A stretch of 64,000 nucleotides of DNA, from positions 2,728,001 to 2,792,000 of the forward strand of contig CP089278.1 in assembly GCA_023920165.1 (NCBI GenBank), in the 5' to 3' direction. This DNA is from Curvularia clavata. Its lineage: Eukaryota. A model generated the notes under the pieces. The model had not been told where the DNA came from and ran no database searches. It saw only the letters and a list, made by a program, of their open reading frames with translations. Below, piece by piece: positions 51,364 to 63,241 of this stretch. Position 1 is the first letter of the stretch; every line of letters starts with the position of its first letter. The position numbers were made by a program, and so were the translations under genes.

Positions 51364-52700
51364 GGTGGAGACAGTAGGGTACAGTTACCGCTTCACTTTA
51401 ATCTTTCAAAAGGTACACCAAAATGGGAGTAGAGCGACAAAACAGCAGATATGGCCTAAAAGAATACAGCCACATAGCCTAGATCCTGTGCACGCCCAAG
51501 AAGGTTCGGAAATTAGCATCAACTTGTCTTAGTCGAAAAGTCACCCTAGCAGAATGTAATAGTTACCTCTTGTTTCTTTTCACTCGTAACACAGACAGTA
51601 CTCTGAACAAAAGTATCCCACTTTCCGAATATGACATCATCGCTGTCTTTTCTCCCCATCCCCCCACTCACTACTACTAGCATGAAAAATGCACCAATAC
51701 AAGCTTATCCTAGACTCAGACTCCGTGCTTTCCGACTCTATATCCCACCGTAGCCCTCCGATGTCAACGCCTACCAGCATAGCAACATACTCCGAAAATA
51801 AGTTCATGTTTCAAATACAAACACGATAAATACATCTTCACACACATTTACCTTAGTCCGTACATCCGTCCGTCGATACAGCCCGCACACATGTCAAAAA
51901 ACCATCGACTAGCACGCCCGCTTCCGCCCCCACTACCTAACCAGACACTATTTCACCGAGCCGCCGGCCCACCTGCACCAACCCACAACCCCAGCAGACA
52001 TGTGTGCATGGACAGGCACCCGTAGCAGTAGCGTCTTACACGTACGTCCGTGTGAATGGAGCATGCAATGTGATGTCATGCATGACGGCTGTAGGGAGAG
52101 AGAAAACTGTTATTTTTTTCTCTCTCTCGCGAACGCCACGTTGGTGTCTTGATTCGCTTCTACGCCACCAACTGGCTAGCATTGTTCAGAAAGTATGTGA
52201 TAATGAGTTTACAACTACATGTGTTTTGGGTAATGCATTGACAAACTACATTCTCCCTTATCTTCATGGTTAATTAGCAGATGTAACACTGCGAAGAGAG
52301 AGGGGGGACAACTGCGCGCACGGTGCGCAGAACACACAGCCTGCATTGTTGCGTTTTTTTCTTGCCTGTGCCGTTAGAACCGGATTTTTTCTGTTGGGGA
52401 GGAAAGTGGCTAGCATCGGGTCGCGGAGGTATTCTCGGCGGTTTGACGGCAAGGATGCATTGCGCATAGGTGTTTGTTCATTCTAACAGCACGCGACTGG
52501 AAGATGAGTGAAGAGGGATTGTAGAAATCAAGGGGTATCAAGATTTGCAATACTAGGAATATTGTTATCGTACAACAAAAATGCGCGCTCGCTCAATCTT
52601 ATTTGTAAAGACCCAATCAGAGTAAATTTCGTTCGCATCTCAATCTTCTCGTACAAATGTTTAACGCGATGCGACCATCATACACATGAGAGCAGGTCTT

Positions 52701-54678
52701 TTAGCGGCTGGCGATGCTAGCCCTCCTGGCCTCGAGCACGGCGTCTTCGTGTGTAGGTGGACCCTCGTAGTTCTTCTTGCCCCAGACAAAGTACCAGATA
52801 GTCGAGACGACGACAACAGCGGCAAGGACAACAGACGCGTAGTTCATGGTTGACGGAGTGACGGCGCGGAAAGTGGGCATACAGAATAGGGGAGTAGCGA
52901 GAGCGGACCAGGCTGGGAGTATTGTTAGTATTTAGTAAACTAGGATCAAACGCAGTAGACTTACCAAGAGCAACAACATTGCAAAAGGTACCCAGCATTC
53001 CGAGGTGAAACTCTCCTTCCTTGACTTGCTTGCGGCCAGTAAGGAGCGAGACCAGAATGGGAGCAGCATAACTCAATGTCAAGCAAATGACACCGACACC
53101 AGAGAAGGCGTTGAAAGCAGCAGCGGCGCCGAAGTAGATAAGTCCAAGGGCAATTTGAATAACCATGCTAAGCATCATGGCGTTGAGGGGAACGTCGAGC
53201 TTAGTATTGACAACCCTCCACAGCTTGTAGCCGGGGATAGCGCCATCACGGGAGAAGGCCCAGGTAGCACGAGATGCAGCAGTTGTGCATCCAATACCGC
53301 AAAGCAGGCCCAAGACAAGGAGGGGAACCAGCAATCCAATGGCTCCACCGGAAGATCCGACTGCTTGCTTCAGAATGACGGGGACGGGTTGTCCGGAAAG
53401 CAGAGCGGCGAGCTCGGCTTGGTCGGGAAGGACGAAGACGAGGGGGATCAAGAAGACGAGACCGCATATGGTGTTCAGGGCGACGGTGGCGACCATGGCC
53501 TTGGGGACCTGGGTAGCTGGCTCTCTGACTTCTTCACACATCCTGTGTGACATGTTAGCATTTGACTTGGTTTGGGTGGGACGTTACTGCATATGGATAT
53601 GGCAAATGTCGCAATGGGATATGGGCTGCTTGCTTGGGAGATGTCGCATGGGAAAGGAAATTGTCGCTTGGGAGATGTCGCTCGGAAGTGTGCATTGGGC
53701 AAAGAACAGGCTGCTTCAAGGTTGCTTGGGCAGTGCATTGGGGAGGCTCACGAGATGATCATTCCAGTTGACGAGGTTGCGTAGGCTGCGTGGAGGAGTC
53801 CGACCATAAAAGACCATCCGGGGACCCATCCAGAGTTGGAGGGATCGAATTCAGTAAAGACGTATTCGGCGCTTCGGCGACCATTCTTCGCAATGGCAAG
53901 GACGCATACGACAATGGCAATCACACCGGTAAAGGTCCAGAAAATGGCAAAGGTCTGTACATGGGTAAGAAGTGTGTCAAGTAAGCGAGTGGAAGGGGAA
54001 GCTTACATCGAGCCAGGGCAGGTACTTGTTGCCAAAGGCAGACACGGCGTTGCAGAGGAGGGTGATGGCAAGGAAGATGAGGAACACTTGGTAGGGCGCG
54101 CCTTCAAGTATACCAACACCGGGCGCGGATTCGTAGACATTGACGCATGCCACAAGAAAGAGGGCGGTAGCAAAGTTGACGGAAAGAGTAATGGTGATGT
54201 TGCCAACTACGAAACACCAACCGCAAATCCACGAGGCAATTTTCCGGTAGGAGGGGGGCGTGATCATAAACGTCTGGTAGTAGACACCACCGCTGGTAGG
54301 ATAGACACTGGTGATCTCGCCCAGGGAAGCGGCAACGGCCAGAATAATGAGGGATACGGCGAGCCAGCCCCAGATGATGTTGGTGGGACCGCCGCCGACT
54401 ATGGGGTAGTAGAGGGTGGTTGCCAAACCGTAGGGGACGGAAGCCAGGACGAAGGACATGAAGGCGACTTGGAGAGTCGATCTTGAGCGAACCAATTCGG
54501 CCTTGTAGCCCATGGCGGCAAGGAGGCCATCTGGATCGCTGGGGCCGGCAACATCGTCTCCAGATCCAGAGTAGGTGTTGCCCAGCTTGGCGTCCTTCTC
54601 GATGCCATTGCCGCGGAGCACGTGATCATGCTCTGCGGCATAGGCATCTGACTGGGTGCCGTAGCGGTAGTCCGACAT
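52701..54678 (-). CDS. APC-superfamily amino acid/GABA/choline permease (ACT family); exons 54678-54007, 53954-53752, 53542-52965, 52912-52701
   Basis: 'MGYKAELVR', 'GGGPTNIIWGW', 'SLGEITSVYPTSGGVY', 'MCEEVREP', 'SRATWAFSRDGAIP', 'MNYASVV'; three canonical introns. An alternative in-frame ATG exists at 54825. Confidence 0.92.
53590..53745. repeat. Degenerate direct repeats inside permease intron 2
   Basis: GCTTGGGAGATGTCGC at 53632 and 53666, GTGCATTGGG at 53690 and 53733, and TGTCGC four times. Confidence 0.7.
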
Positions 54679-55513
54679 GAGGGGCGTATCACTATCGTCG
54701 GTAGAGAGGAAGCCTGGTGGTGGATGGACCTGGGCAGGAGTCGCAAAACAAAAGTTTGTGGCAGTTCGCAGACTGGGGATCAGCGCAGGCTTTGAAGGGC
54801 CGGCGAGGGATATCAGTGGGCGCATGGTCCAGGCCCGCTAGCGACTTTGGAGGCAAGTCTTGTCAGGCTACCCACACGAATGTCGGATAGGGCTGCTTGG
54901 AGAGGCTTGGAAAACGACCGAGCAGGTGGAAACTATGCCCTAGTGCATATCCGCCCTCCGCGCTCCACTGCCTGGGTAATGAGAGGGTTTTCTGGAAGTG
55001 GGCCCCAGATAGTGCCACCGGGAGCCGGCGATGTGCTGGTCGAGGGGGCCTAAGGGACTCGAGCGCTTGGTGATGCAGCGGTGCTCCAAGGCCAGCTTGG
55101 ATCAGATAACGATTGCTGCTTGTACGTAGGTGACACGCTGACGAAGGTGTACCGTGGCATGTGGAGGGCACCGCTGTCTGTATGTAGTTGGTGTGCCGCG
55201 CCAATAGGAGTTGCCGAGCTGCTCTTCCAAGAGGACCAGGGCAGCCGTCGGTTTCGGATGACGGTCCCAATTCATGGCAGCGATCCGGGGCCATGCTCGT
55301 ACTCGCGTGCTACATGCGCGACACGTCCGAGCTGCCCTGGAGCTGCATGGAGGGTTGCATGCGGCGCAAGTGGATGAGTAAGGGGAGAGAGAGGTTTGGA
55401 CGACGTTTGGCGGAGGAGCGCGCCCTACAGTGTCGAATGTGGCAATGAGTAGGGCATTGGTGGGGACAGGCGTCATCTTCGCCCTGCGTAGAGAGAGAGC
55501 AGCCTCGAGTACA

Positions 55514-55519
55514 TATAAA
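55514..55519 (+). promoter_or_regulatory. TATA box of the dehydrogenase gene
   Basis: TATAAA 95 nt upstream of ATG 55609. Confidence 0.5.
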
Positions 55520-55608
55520 GCGCAGATTGTACGGGAGAGTCTCACCCATGTGAAGACAGCGCGCGCTCCATATTGAATCCAAGCTTAATAGCCCGCCGTG
55601 CCGCTGCC

Positions 55609-56718
55609 ATGCATCACGAAATTGTTGCTCTCGAGAAGCAACACCAGCCGCTCCCCGCCGACGGTTTTGTCTTCGCCCCGGGCAATACCTGCAACCTCAC
55701 AGCCTACGAGTCGACGTCTACACGTGAGCAGCTCCACGAGCGTATTCGCAATGCCACCATCATTATCGTGACGACGCTCAGACTGGATGCCGAAACATTG
55801 CACCCCACCGTTACCCCCAATCTGCGCTACATAGCCGTCTCCGCAACTGGCACCGACCCAGTTGACCTGGAAATCTGCAGGTCCCGCGGCATTCGCGTAA
55901 CAAACTGCCCCGGTGCCAATCTAGACGCCGTCTCAGAACACGCCATCAGCCTCTACTTCGCCGCCAGAAGACGCACCGTCCTGCTGGATCGCATAACGCG
56001 AACTCAGCCGAGCGAATGGAAGGCCAAGGGCAGCGTCAACCACTACATGCGTCTCCCCGATGGCAAGCCACCCATCACGTGCAAAGACGAGGTTATGGGA
56101 GTTATCGGGTACGGGGGCCTGGGTGCGTTTCACTCGTTCTTCCTGTCCTGTTTAGGTTGCAAGATCCTGGGCTGATCCCCATCACTGAGAATAGGCAAAA
56201 AGATAGCAGAATTGGGCCATGCACTAGGCATGCGCGTCCTGATTGCGAGTCGCAAAACGCCAGCCACACCTGCTCTAGGTGATCTTCTCCCAGCGCCGAA
56301 CACGTCCGACGGCCGTGTTCCGTTCGACCATGTGCTCCGCCAGTCTACTGTCCTGGTCATATCATTACCCCGAACTCCTGAGACGCTTAATCTCATCTCC
56401 ACGCCAGAGCTTGCTAAGATGCATCCACACAGTGTGATAATAAACATAGCGCGAGGTGGTATTGTGCACGAGGCGGCGGTTGTCCAGGCGCTTAAGGAGA
56501 AGCGCATAGCAGGCTATGCTACCGACGTCTACCAGGTCGAGCCTGCTGGTGGGCCTGAAGATACACCGTTGCTTGAGGAGGACACCAAAGATCTGAACAT
56601 TACCATGAGTCCACATCTAGCATGGTTTTCGCAAAGGACCATCAAGAATCTGGGGGACATACTCAAAGAGACGGTAGAAAGTTGGGTGAATGGCAACGAG
56701 ATTAACGTCATCGTATAG
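55609..56718 (+). CDS. D-isomer-specific 2-hydroxyacid dehydrogenase (glycerate dehydrogenase-like); exons 55609-56122, 56195-56718
   Basis: 'ATGTDPVDL', 'VTNCPG...VSEHA', Rossmann 'GVIGYGGLGKK' across intron 56123-56194, 'INIARGGIV', 'DVYQVEP', catalytic 'SPHLAW'. Confidence 0.93.
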
Positions 56719-57299
56719 CAACCCCAGCTCCAAGATCAAGGATTCGAGGTTGTGTTCCACAACCAATAAAACCGGAAAATTAAAACGAGTTCACCTATGC
56801 TGTCAAATATAGTAGAAGACAACTGTGACAATTACCGCTATTTTCGAAGGAAGACCCGTGAGTGCTAAAGCATAGTAAAATAATAAGTAACCGTGACAAC
56901 TATAGCTACTCTTACAAGTGGTGGTATTGTAGGCTGCCAGTTTCCCCTTCCACCATTAACCAGTCTGCGTGACTACTTTGAAAAGTAGCTGTTTTTATCA
57001 CAATTATATTCTATAGCACAAGTGACGTCATTTGAATTCTCTTGTTTCCCTACTTGTCGGAAAGGCATCGTGTCTACCTTTATTAAAAACTTCTTGCTTG
57101 CCATCGTTGAAGTCAATTCTCTCCCAACATGTCACCCGGCAAGAAATGTACCAGTTCTGGATGTTAATCCATACATCTGGCGTCTTTCACACGAAAATTC
57201 TGCATAAGCGGAGCCACTTGATCAAGTGCTGCGGCCGGGAAAGATGCTTTCCAATCCAAGCACTTCGGTGGTGGTACCAATGTCGTTGGAGGGTCGATA

Positions 57300-57309
57300 G
57301 TCACGTGAC
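57300..57309. promoter_or_regulatory. Palindromic bHLH E-box GTCACGTGAC upstream of SPT20
   Basis: Perfect 10-bp palindrome ~320 nt before the start; also at 30693-30702, and GTCACGTGA at 6519-6527. Confidence 0.4.
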
Positions 57310-57622
57310 ATATGATGAAACCCAAGGACCCCTGCTTGGCAAGGCAGCGGCCGCCTCGGGAGCCACAGCAAACATCACGTCGGCCATCTCTACGCGTCAA
57401 ACACCTTCAACTCCAACAGCGTCTCCCACCACCCCTCGAGCCGTCAATCTCCTCGCGCACTGCCATAGCTCGGTGGGCATCGCGCGCACCTTTGCGCCTG
57501 CCCCTTCTATCCCCCAACTGCAAGCCTTCCAACCGCCGTCGGCTCTGGTTCCCCCGGCGGAAAGCCCGTCCCACAGCCGCCCCACCGATATATTCACCAG
57601 CGACAGCTCCCTCACCACAAAC

Positions 57623-60600
57623 ATGTCGGGCCCAGTCGCTGTTGCACGCCCGTCGCAACCCCCACGCCTGCGCCGGGAGTCCCAACGGCCTGGAGTTGCG
57701 CGCACCGCTACCCGCCAGTCCAACATGGAGGACGACGGCGCGAAGCCAGAGGAGGCCAGGAAATATGGTACGCCGCCCGTCCACAGCGCTGTATGCATTG
57801 CAATCACTAATCTGTGGCCCAGTCTACACACAACAAGACATCCTGGCCAAGCACAAAGGCAAGCCGCCATCCCTCCGTGTTTACCTGCACCCCAAGCATT
57901 TCCGCCTCAACGACTCCCAGGAGACGTTGTCATATGCCTCACCCATGCGCGAGCTTCTCCAGGCCATCAAGGACAAGGTGGTGCCCCACAATATGGTGGA
58001 GGAGCTCTACGAGTTTAACACACCCTGGTACGACAACTGCCTTATTGTCGAAGTGCACGACTACCGCTCGAGCGGTGTGAAGCCCAAGGATGATACCAAT
58101 AGCACTGGCGAAGCGGGCACCAACGCCTTCTCCATTCACAACTACAACAACTTCATCACGCCCTCCCCGTATGCGCCTTACCCAGTCAACAAACCTGACC
58201 ATAAGCCCGCGCAAGCACCAGCGCAGAGCAAGGATGCGGACGCCAAAGATGACAAGGAGAACATGCCCGCTCCTAGCCAGGCTAACGCGCAAAACAAGCA
58301 ACCAGGACTCGCCAAGGTCAGGACGGTGGTACTGTTCCCAACCCCGCTGTCACATCTGGCCGATATGCAGTTACTAGCTACGACGCCTGTTCCAGATATG
58401 GCCGCCTTGAAGAGAATGCAAGCTCAAGGCCGAGCTGGAGGTATGCCGCCAACCCCAGTGACTGGAGTACCTTCGACACCCATCTTCCCTAATGGCCCCA
58501 GTCCGAAGCGTCAAAAAATGGTCCTCGACGACAGCAACCTGCACGAGTTTGAGGCGGAAGTATTGAATGCTACTTGCCCCCCATTATATTTGGAACCCAC
58601 AAAGAGCTTCGGAGAGTCCCTCGCGATCATGGACGCCATCACACACCCGAACAACAAGAACACCGCACCTCCTCGCAAGACTCGCAAGAGGACGACTGCC
58701 GAATTGGCTGCTGATGAAGCCGAAGCCCAGGGTCTACAGCGCTTCATGTTGGCTGGCGATGAGTTCCAAAGTGTCATGGCGGCCGCGGCAACCGGAAATG
58801 ACGACAATGCAGTGCGTGCAGCCGCCAACTCGCAGACATTTGCTCGATTCAAGACCATCGCCAACATCAGGGCGAATCACGAAGAGAATGATCGACGGAA
58901 GAAGGAAGAGGATGCTCGCATTGCACAAGCCAAGCGACAGGCACAGATTGAGGCTGAGCTCCAGAGAAAGAGAGAACTGGAGAGTAGACAGCAGGCTGAA
59001 GTTGCAGAGCGTCAACAAGCAGCTCTTCGACAACAAGCGCAACACCAAGCACAGCTCCAGCAGAACCAATTACAGCAGAATCAACTACAGCAAAATGAAG
59101 CCTTACGGGCTGCTGCAGCAGCACAACACCAAATGGCGAATGCAGCAGCCTCACAGGTCACACAGACGCCGCAATCAGCAACGCAGTCTCAATTTTCACC
59201 AACGATACGCCAACAGACACCAATGACTGCCTCGGCAGCATCCCCACGGGTCGGTGGACAAGCTTCGCACCCCATTGGCGGTACCCCAATGGTACCGTCG
59301 GTTTCCAACCAGGCTATCAACAGTCCAGCACGGCCGCCGTCTTCCATCTCTCATCACCAGAACCAAATGGCGCGCTCAATCAGCCAACAACAAAATCCAA
59401 GCCGTACCGGCACACCACATATAGTTCAGGGTACACCAGTCATGAACCCATCCATGCCTAATCGCAACATGACGCCCACACCTAGTCGCATGAACCAAAA
59501 TAGCCCGTCCATGGCGATGCAAGGCCAAACCCCAATGATGATGCAGACTCCTCAACCCGGTCAAAACATGACACCTGAAGCCATGCAGCAGCTTCGTATG
59601 CAACAAATGCGGATGCAACAGTTGCAGCAACAAGGAGCATCTCCGGGCAGCCAACAACAATTACAACAATTGGCACTCCAAAAAGCTGGGCAGCATATTC
59701 AGCAAGCTGGAATCCCTCAGGGTCAAAACCCACAGGCGTACCGTCAGCAGTTGGCACAGCATTACTTTCGCCAATTGCAGCAACAACATCAGAATCAGCA
59801 GCAGCAGCAACAGCAAATGGGCATGCAAAATATCTCGTCTCAAGGGGCCATGCCGCAGAGTGGTATGCCCCAGCAAGGCACGGCTTTTGCTAACATGACC
59901 CTGCAACAGATGCGCATGCGCTTCCAGCAACAGAAAGCGACAGTCATGCAAAACTATGGCAACATGCAAAGCGTTCCCCCACAAATCATGCAGCAGATGC
60001 AGCACATGGAGCTGCAAATTAAACAGCGAGAACAACGCGAGCAGCAACAATCACAGATGGGGCACATGCAGAATGGCATGGGCAACCAGATGAGTGGTGG
60101 TCAAATGGGTGGTGGCATGCAGAACGCCAACGCTGCAAACCCGATACAAATGCAGCAGTATCAGCAGATGCTCCAGCAGCAACGTCAAGCCGCCGCCAAC
60201 CAGAACCGAATCATGCAAATGCGACAGCAAGCCATGGCAAATGGTGGCCAGCTACCGCAAGGTATGATGGGTAACATGAACGCCATGAATGCCACCATGC
60301 AGGGCATGAACATGGGAAATATGGGAAATGTTCAAGGCTTGAACATGGGGCAGATGGCACAAATGGGTCAAATGGGTCAGATGGGCCAGATGGGCCAGAT
60401 GAATGGTGGCATGGGTGGTATGGGTGGCATGCAAAATGGGCAAATGAACAACGGTATGCAGGGCATGCAAAACATGCAGAATATGCAAGGCATGGGCATG
60501 CAGGGCATGAACCAGATGAACCAGCAGCAAGTGCAGCAGATGATGATGATGCGCCAAGCACAGCAACAGGCCCAGCGGATGGGTCAACAAGGTAGTCAAC

Positions 60601-60629
60601 AAGGTGGAGATATGGGGTGGACTGGGTAG
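57623..60629 (+). CDS. SPT20: SAGA complex subunit Spt20 with Q/M/G-rich low-complexity tail; exons 57623-57767, 57823-60629
   Basis: Spt20 domain 'PPSLRVYLHPKHFRL...YASPMRELL...VPHNMVEEL...WYDNCLIVEVHDYR', 'EFEAEVLNATCPPLYLEP'; intron 57768-57822 (GTACGC..CTAAT..CAG). Confidence 0.88.
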
Positions 60630-61510
60630 TTGGTCTGGTTCTCTCAAGGGGAGCTTTGGTCGCGTCCTCTTGTGTCCTTGTCGTTGTTGCTATTGGTTCT
60701 TTTCTTCTCTCTTGTTCTTTGGCGTTTTCAGGGAACGCCATTCGACGTCTGGACCGGAGAACAATGGGTGTTTTGGGAACATTTACTGGGCGAACCTTAA
60801 AAAGTTGCTTCAAGATACCCCTGGTCTGGGACGGGATTCCATTTATGGAAGTTTTGTACTATTTACTCCAGCATTACACATTCTTGTGGTAGTAATAGTA
60901 GCATTGCATATGACAATGTTAGACAGCTATGCATTTGCCAGAGGAACTTGCTTCGGTCCGTGTCTTTGATATACTGTGGCAATTCGCGGGCTTTACAGAC
61001 GTGGGCGACTGTTTATAAAATATTAGTGTCTATATGGAGTCTTAGGGAACTAACATCAACGATATTCATCTTGGGCTAAAACACTAATCTGAGTTTTGCG
61101 TGCGCTTATTGCTTCATGGCTCGCAGGACTCAGGTCTATGCAGAGAAAACACATGCTAATCCAAACCAGTCCCACACTTGTCATTCCAGTCTAGATATGG
61201 ATATAGGAATGCTCTAAACGGAATGTATGTAATCCAACTGATTATCCTGTCTAGGACTAGCATCACATGTTCCTTTCTACCCAACGAATCGCCTTTTGGT
61301 ATTTTAACCGAGGCAAGTAGATCTTACTTCGCTCCGAGGGGTTTTGTACCAGTGGCTCAAATCACACATATATCTTAAAGCTGCTCGAACCGTGCTCACA
61401 TCAGCGCCGCGCAAAGCCTTCGGAATACAGTGCGTTAGCCTCGCAGCATGGCGCCATGTGCGGTAGTATACTGATAGACCGTCGAGAAGTTGCGTAACAG
61501 ATGAATGTGA

Positions 61511-61516
61511 TATAAA
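61511..61516 (+). promoter_or_regulatory. TATA box of the GMC gene
   Basis: TATAAA 81 nt upstream of ATG 61592, which favours 61592 over 61541 as the start. Confidence 0.45.
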
Positions 61517-61591
61517 TTATACTTCTGCTCATAATATGAAATGTCAACCGCATTACCCTCGAACTTGAGACTACAAACCCTTATAGCCGCA

Positions 61592-63241
61592 ATGGAGTTT
61601 TCATTCGACTACATTATCGTAGGTGGAGGCACCGCTGGCGTCGTGATAGCTTCTCGTCTGAAAGAGTATCTGCCCAACTCCCGGATCGCCTTGATTGAAG
61701 CAGGACCCAACGCAGTAGATCATCCCGCTGTCAACGATGTCTCTGATCCACTCAACTACATGCCACTTTTCCAGCAAGGCTTCATCGTAGACTACTCCAC
61801 CACACCACAGGAGCATCTGAATAACAGGAAGATCATGAACGCAGCTGGTCGTTTGCTGTCAGGATCAAGTGGCATCAATGTCGGGGTATGGATGCGCGCC
61901 TCTGCCGCCGATCTCGACGTAGTGGCCGAAAAAGCAGGAAACACAAGATTCAAATATAGCAACATGGAAAAGTACTACAAACGCACAGAAACACATTTCG
62001 ATAAGACGGCTGAAAAGGACCGCTATGGCTTTGATGGTCCAATCCATACTGTAGGCGGGAGAAAGTATCCGATACGAGACATCCTTCAACAGAGTGCAGA
62101 AAATTTGGGTCACAAGTACAATCCAACCAGAGGCGACCCGGTTGGCTTAGGAGATATCACGCAGTGCTTCCGCGCCACATCCGAGTCGACCGTGACGAGA
62201 CAGCACAGCGCCAAAGTGTACAGCCTCAGTGGCGTTGAAGTCTTTTGTGACACAACCGTAGCCCGGGTTCTCCTCGACGACACCAAGCGAGCTGTTGGCG
62301 TCGAACTTACCTCTGGCAAACACATGACAGCTACCAAAGAGGTCATCATCTCCTGCGGAACTCAGATCTCACCAAAGATCCTAATGCTATCTGGCATTGG
62401 CCCAGCCTCAGAACTGACCAAACACAACATCACCCCAATCATCGATTCCCCATTCGTCGGCCAAAACCTCTGCGACCACAACGCCATGTTCATGTATTTC
62501 AAATTCAAAGACCCCTTGAAAGGCTACGCCCGGCCTTTTGTCGTCGAGAAACCCGAGTTCGGGCAAGGTATTCCATTCGACTTTGGTCTCTTCGCCTCCA
62601 TCCCCGAGCCAGAACTCTCACCATATCTAAACCACGATGGTATCGACACACACGACGTACATGCCTTACTGCGACCAAATCGGAGTCACCACCTCAGTAT
62701 TGCATTCTACTACCCCTTCCTCATTGATCCCCTAATGTACCCCACCGTAAAAGAAGATGGCGCACACTTCTCCCTCTGTGCACTCAACATGCTCCCCTTA
62801 TCCCGGGGTAGCGTGACGCTGGCCTCTGCCGACCCCAACGATTATCCTATATGCAATCCGGGCTACCTGTCTACAGCCACCGACCGTTTTATTTTGCGCC
62901 GCGCAGTCCGCGAGTCCCTTCGCCTCGTGGAGACAGAGCCACTGGCCTCGCAGGTTGAAGGCGAAGTCGCGCCCGCGGACGAAAGATTCCCTCCGCTGAC
63001 GATGAAGAGTAGCGATGAAGAGATCGATGCGAGGATTAGAGCGTTTACGGGGACGATTTCGCATCCAATGGGGACTTGTGCGCTGGGGAGCGTACTGGAT
63101 GGTGAGTTTAGGGTCAAAGGGGCGCAGGGGTTGAGGGTGTGTGATGCGAGTGTTTTCCCTGAACCGATTGGAGCGATGCCATCGTGTACGATTTATGCGT
63201 TGGCGGAGATGTGTGCGGATGTTGTGGCGGGGAGGGTGTGA
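61592..63241 (+). CDS. GMC (AA3) FAD oxidoreductase, intronless, no signal peptide; alternative start 61541
   Basis: 'DYIIVGGGTAG', 'LIEAG', 'GRLLSGSSGIN', 'KEVIISCG...SPKILMLSGIGP', 'VGQNLCDH', 'PLSRGSVTL', 'HPMGTCALG', 'LRVCDASVFP'. Confidence 0.93.
   Translation: MEFSFDYIIVGGGTAGVVIASRLKEYLPNSRIALIEAGPNAVDHPAVNDVSDPLNYMPLFQQGFIVDYSTTPQEHLNNRKIMNAAGRLLSGSSGINVGVWMRASAADLDVVAEKAGNTRFKYSNMEKYYKRTETHFDKTAEKDRYGFDGPIHTVGGRKYPIRDILQQSAENLGHKYNPTRGDPVGLGDITQCFRATSESTVTRQHSAKVYSLSGVEVFCDTTVARVLLDDTKRAVGVELTSGKHMTATKEVIISCGTQISPKILMLSGIGPASELTKHNITPIIDSPFVGQNLCDHNAMFMYFKFKDPLKGYARPFVVEKPEFGQGIPFDFGLFASIPEPELSPYLNHDGIDTHDVHALLRPNRSHHLSIAFYYPFLIDPLMYPTVKEDGAHFSLCALNMLPLSRGSVTLASADPNDYPICNPGYLSTATDRFILRRAVRESLRLVETEPLASQVEGEVAPADERFPPLTMKSSDEEIDARIRAFTGTISHPMGTCALGSVLDGEFRVKGAQGLRVCDASVFPEPIGAMPSCTIYALAEMCADVVAGRV

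Noticed and set aside
56716..56770. Stop read-through (TAG CAA) giving a cryptic peroxisomal signal
   Set aside because: The extension ends in HNQ, which is not a PTS1.
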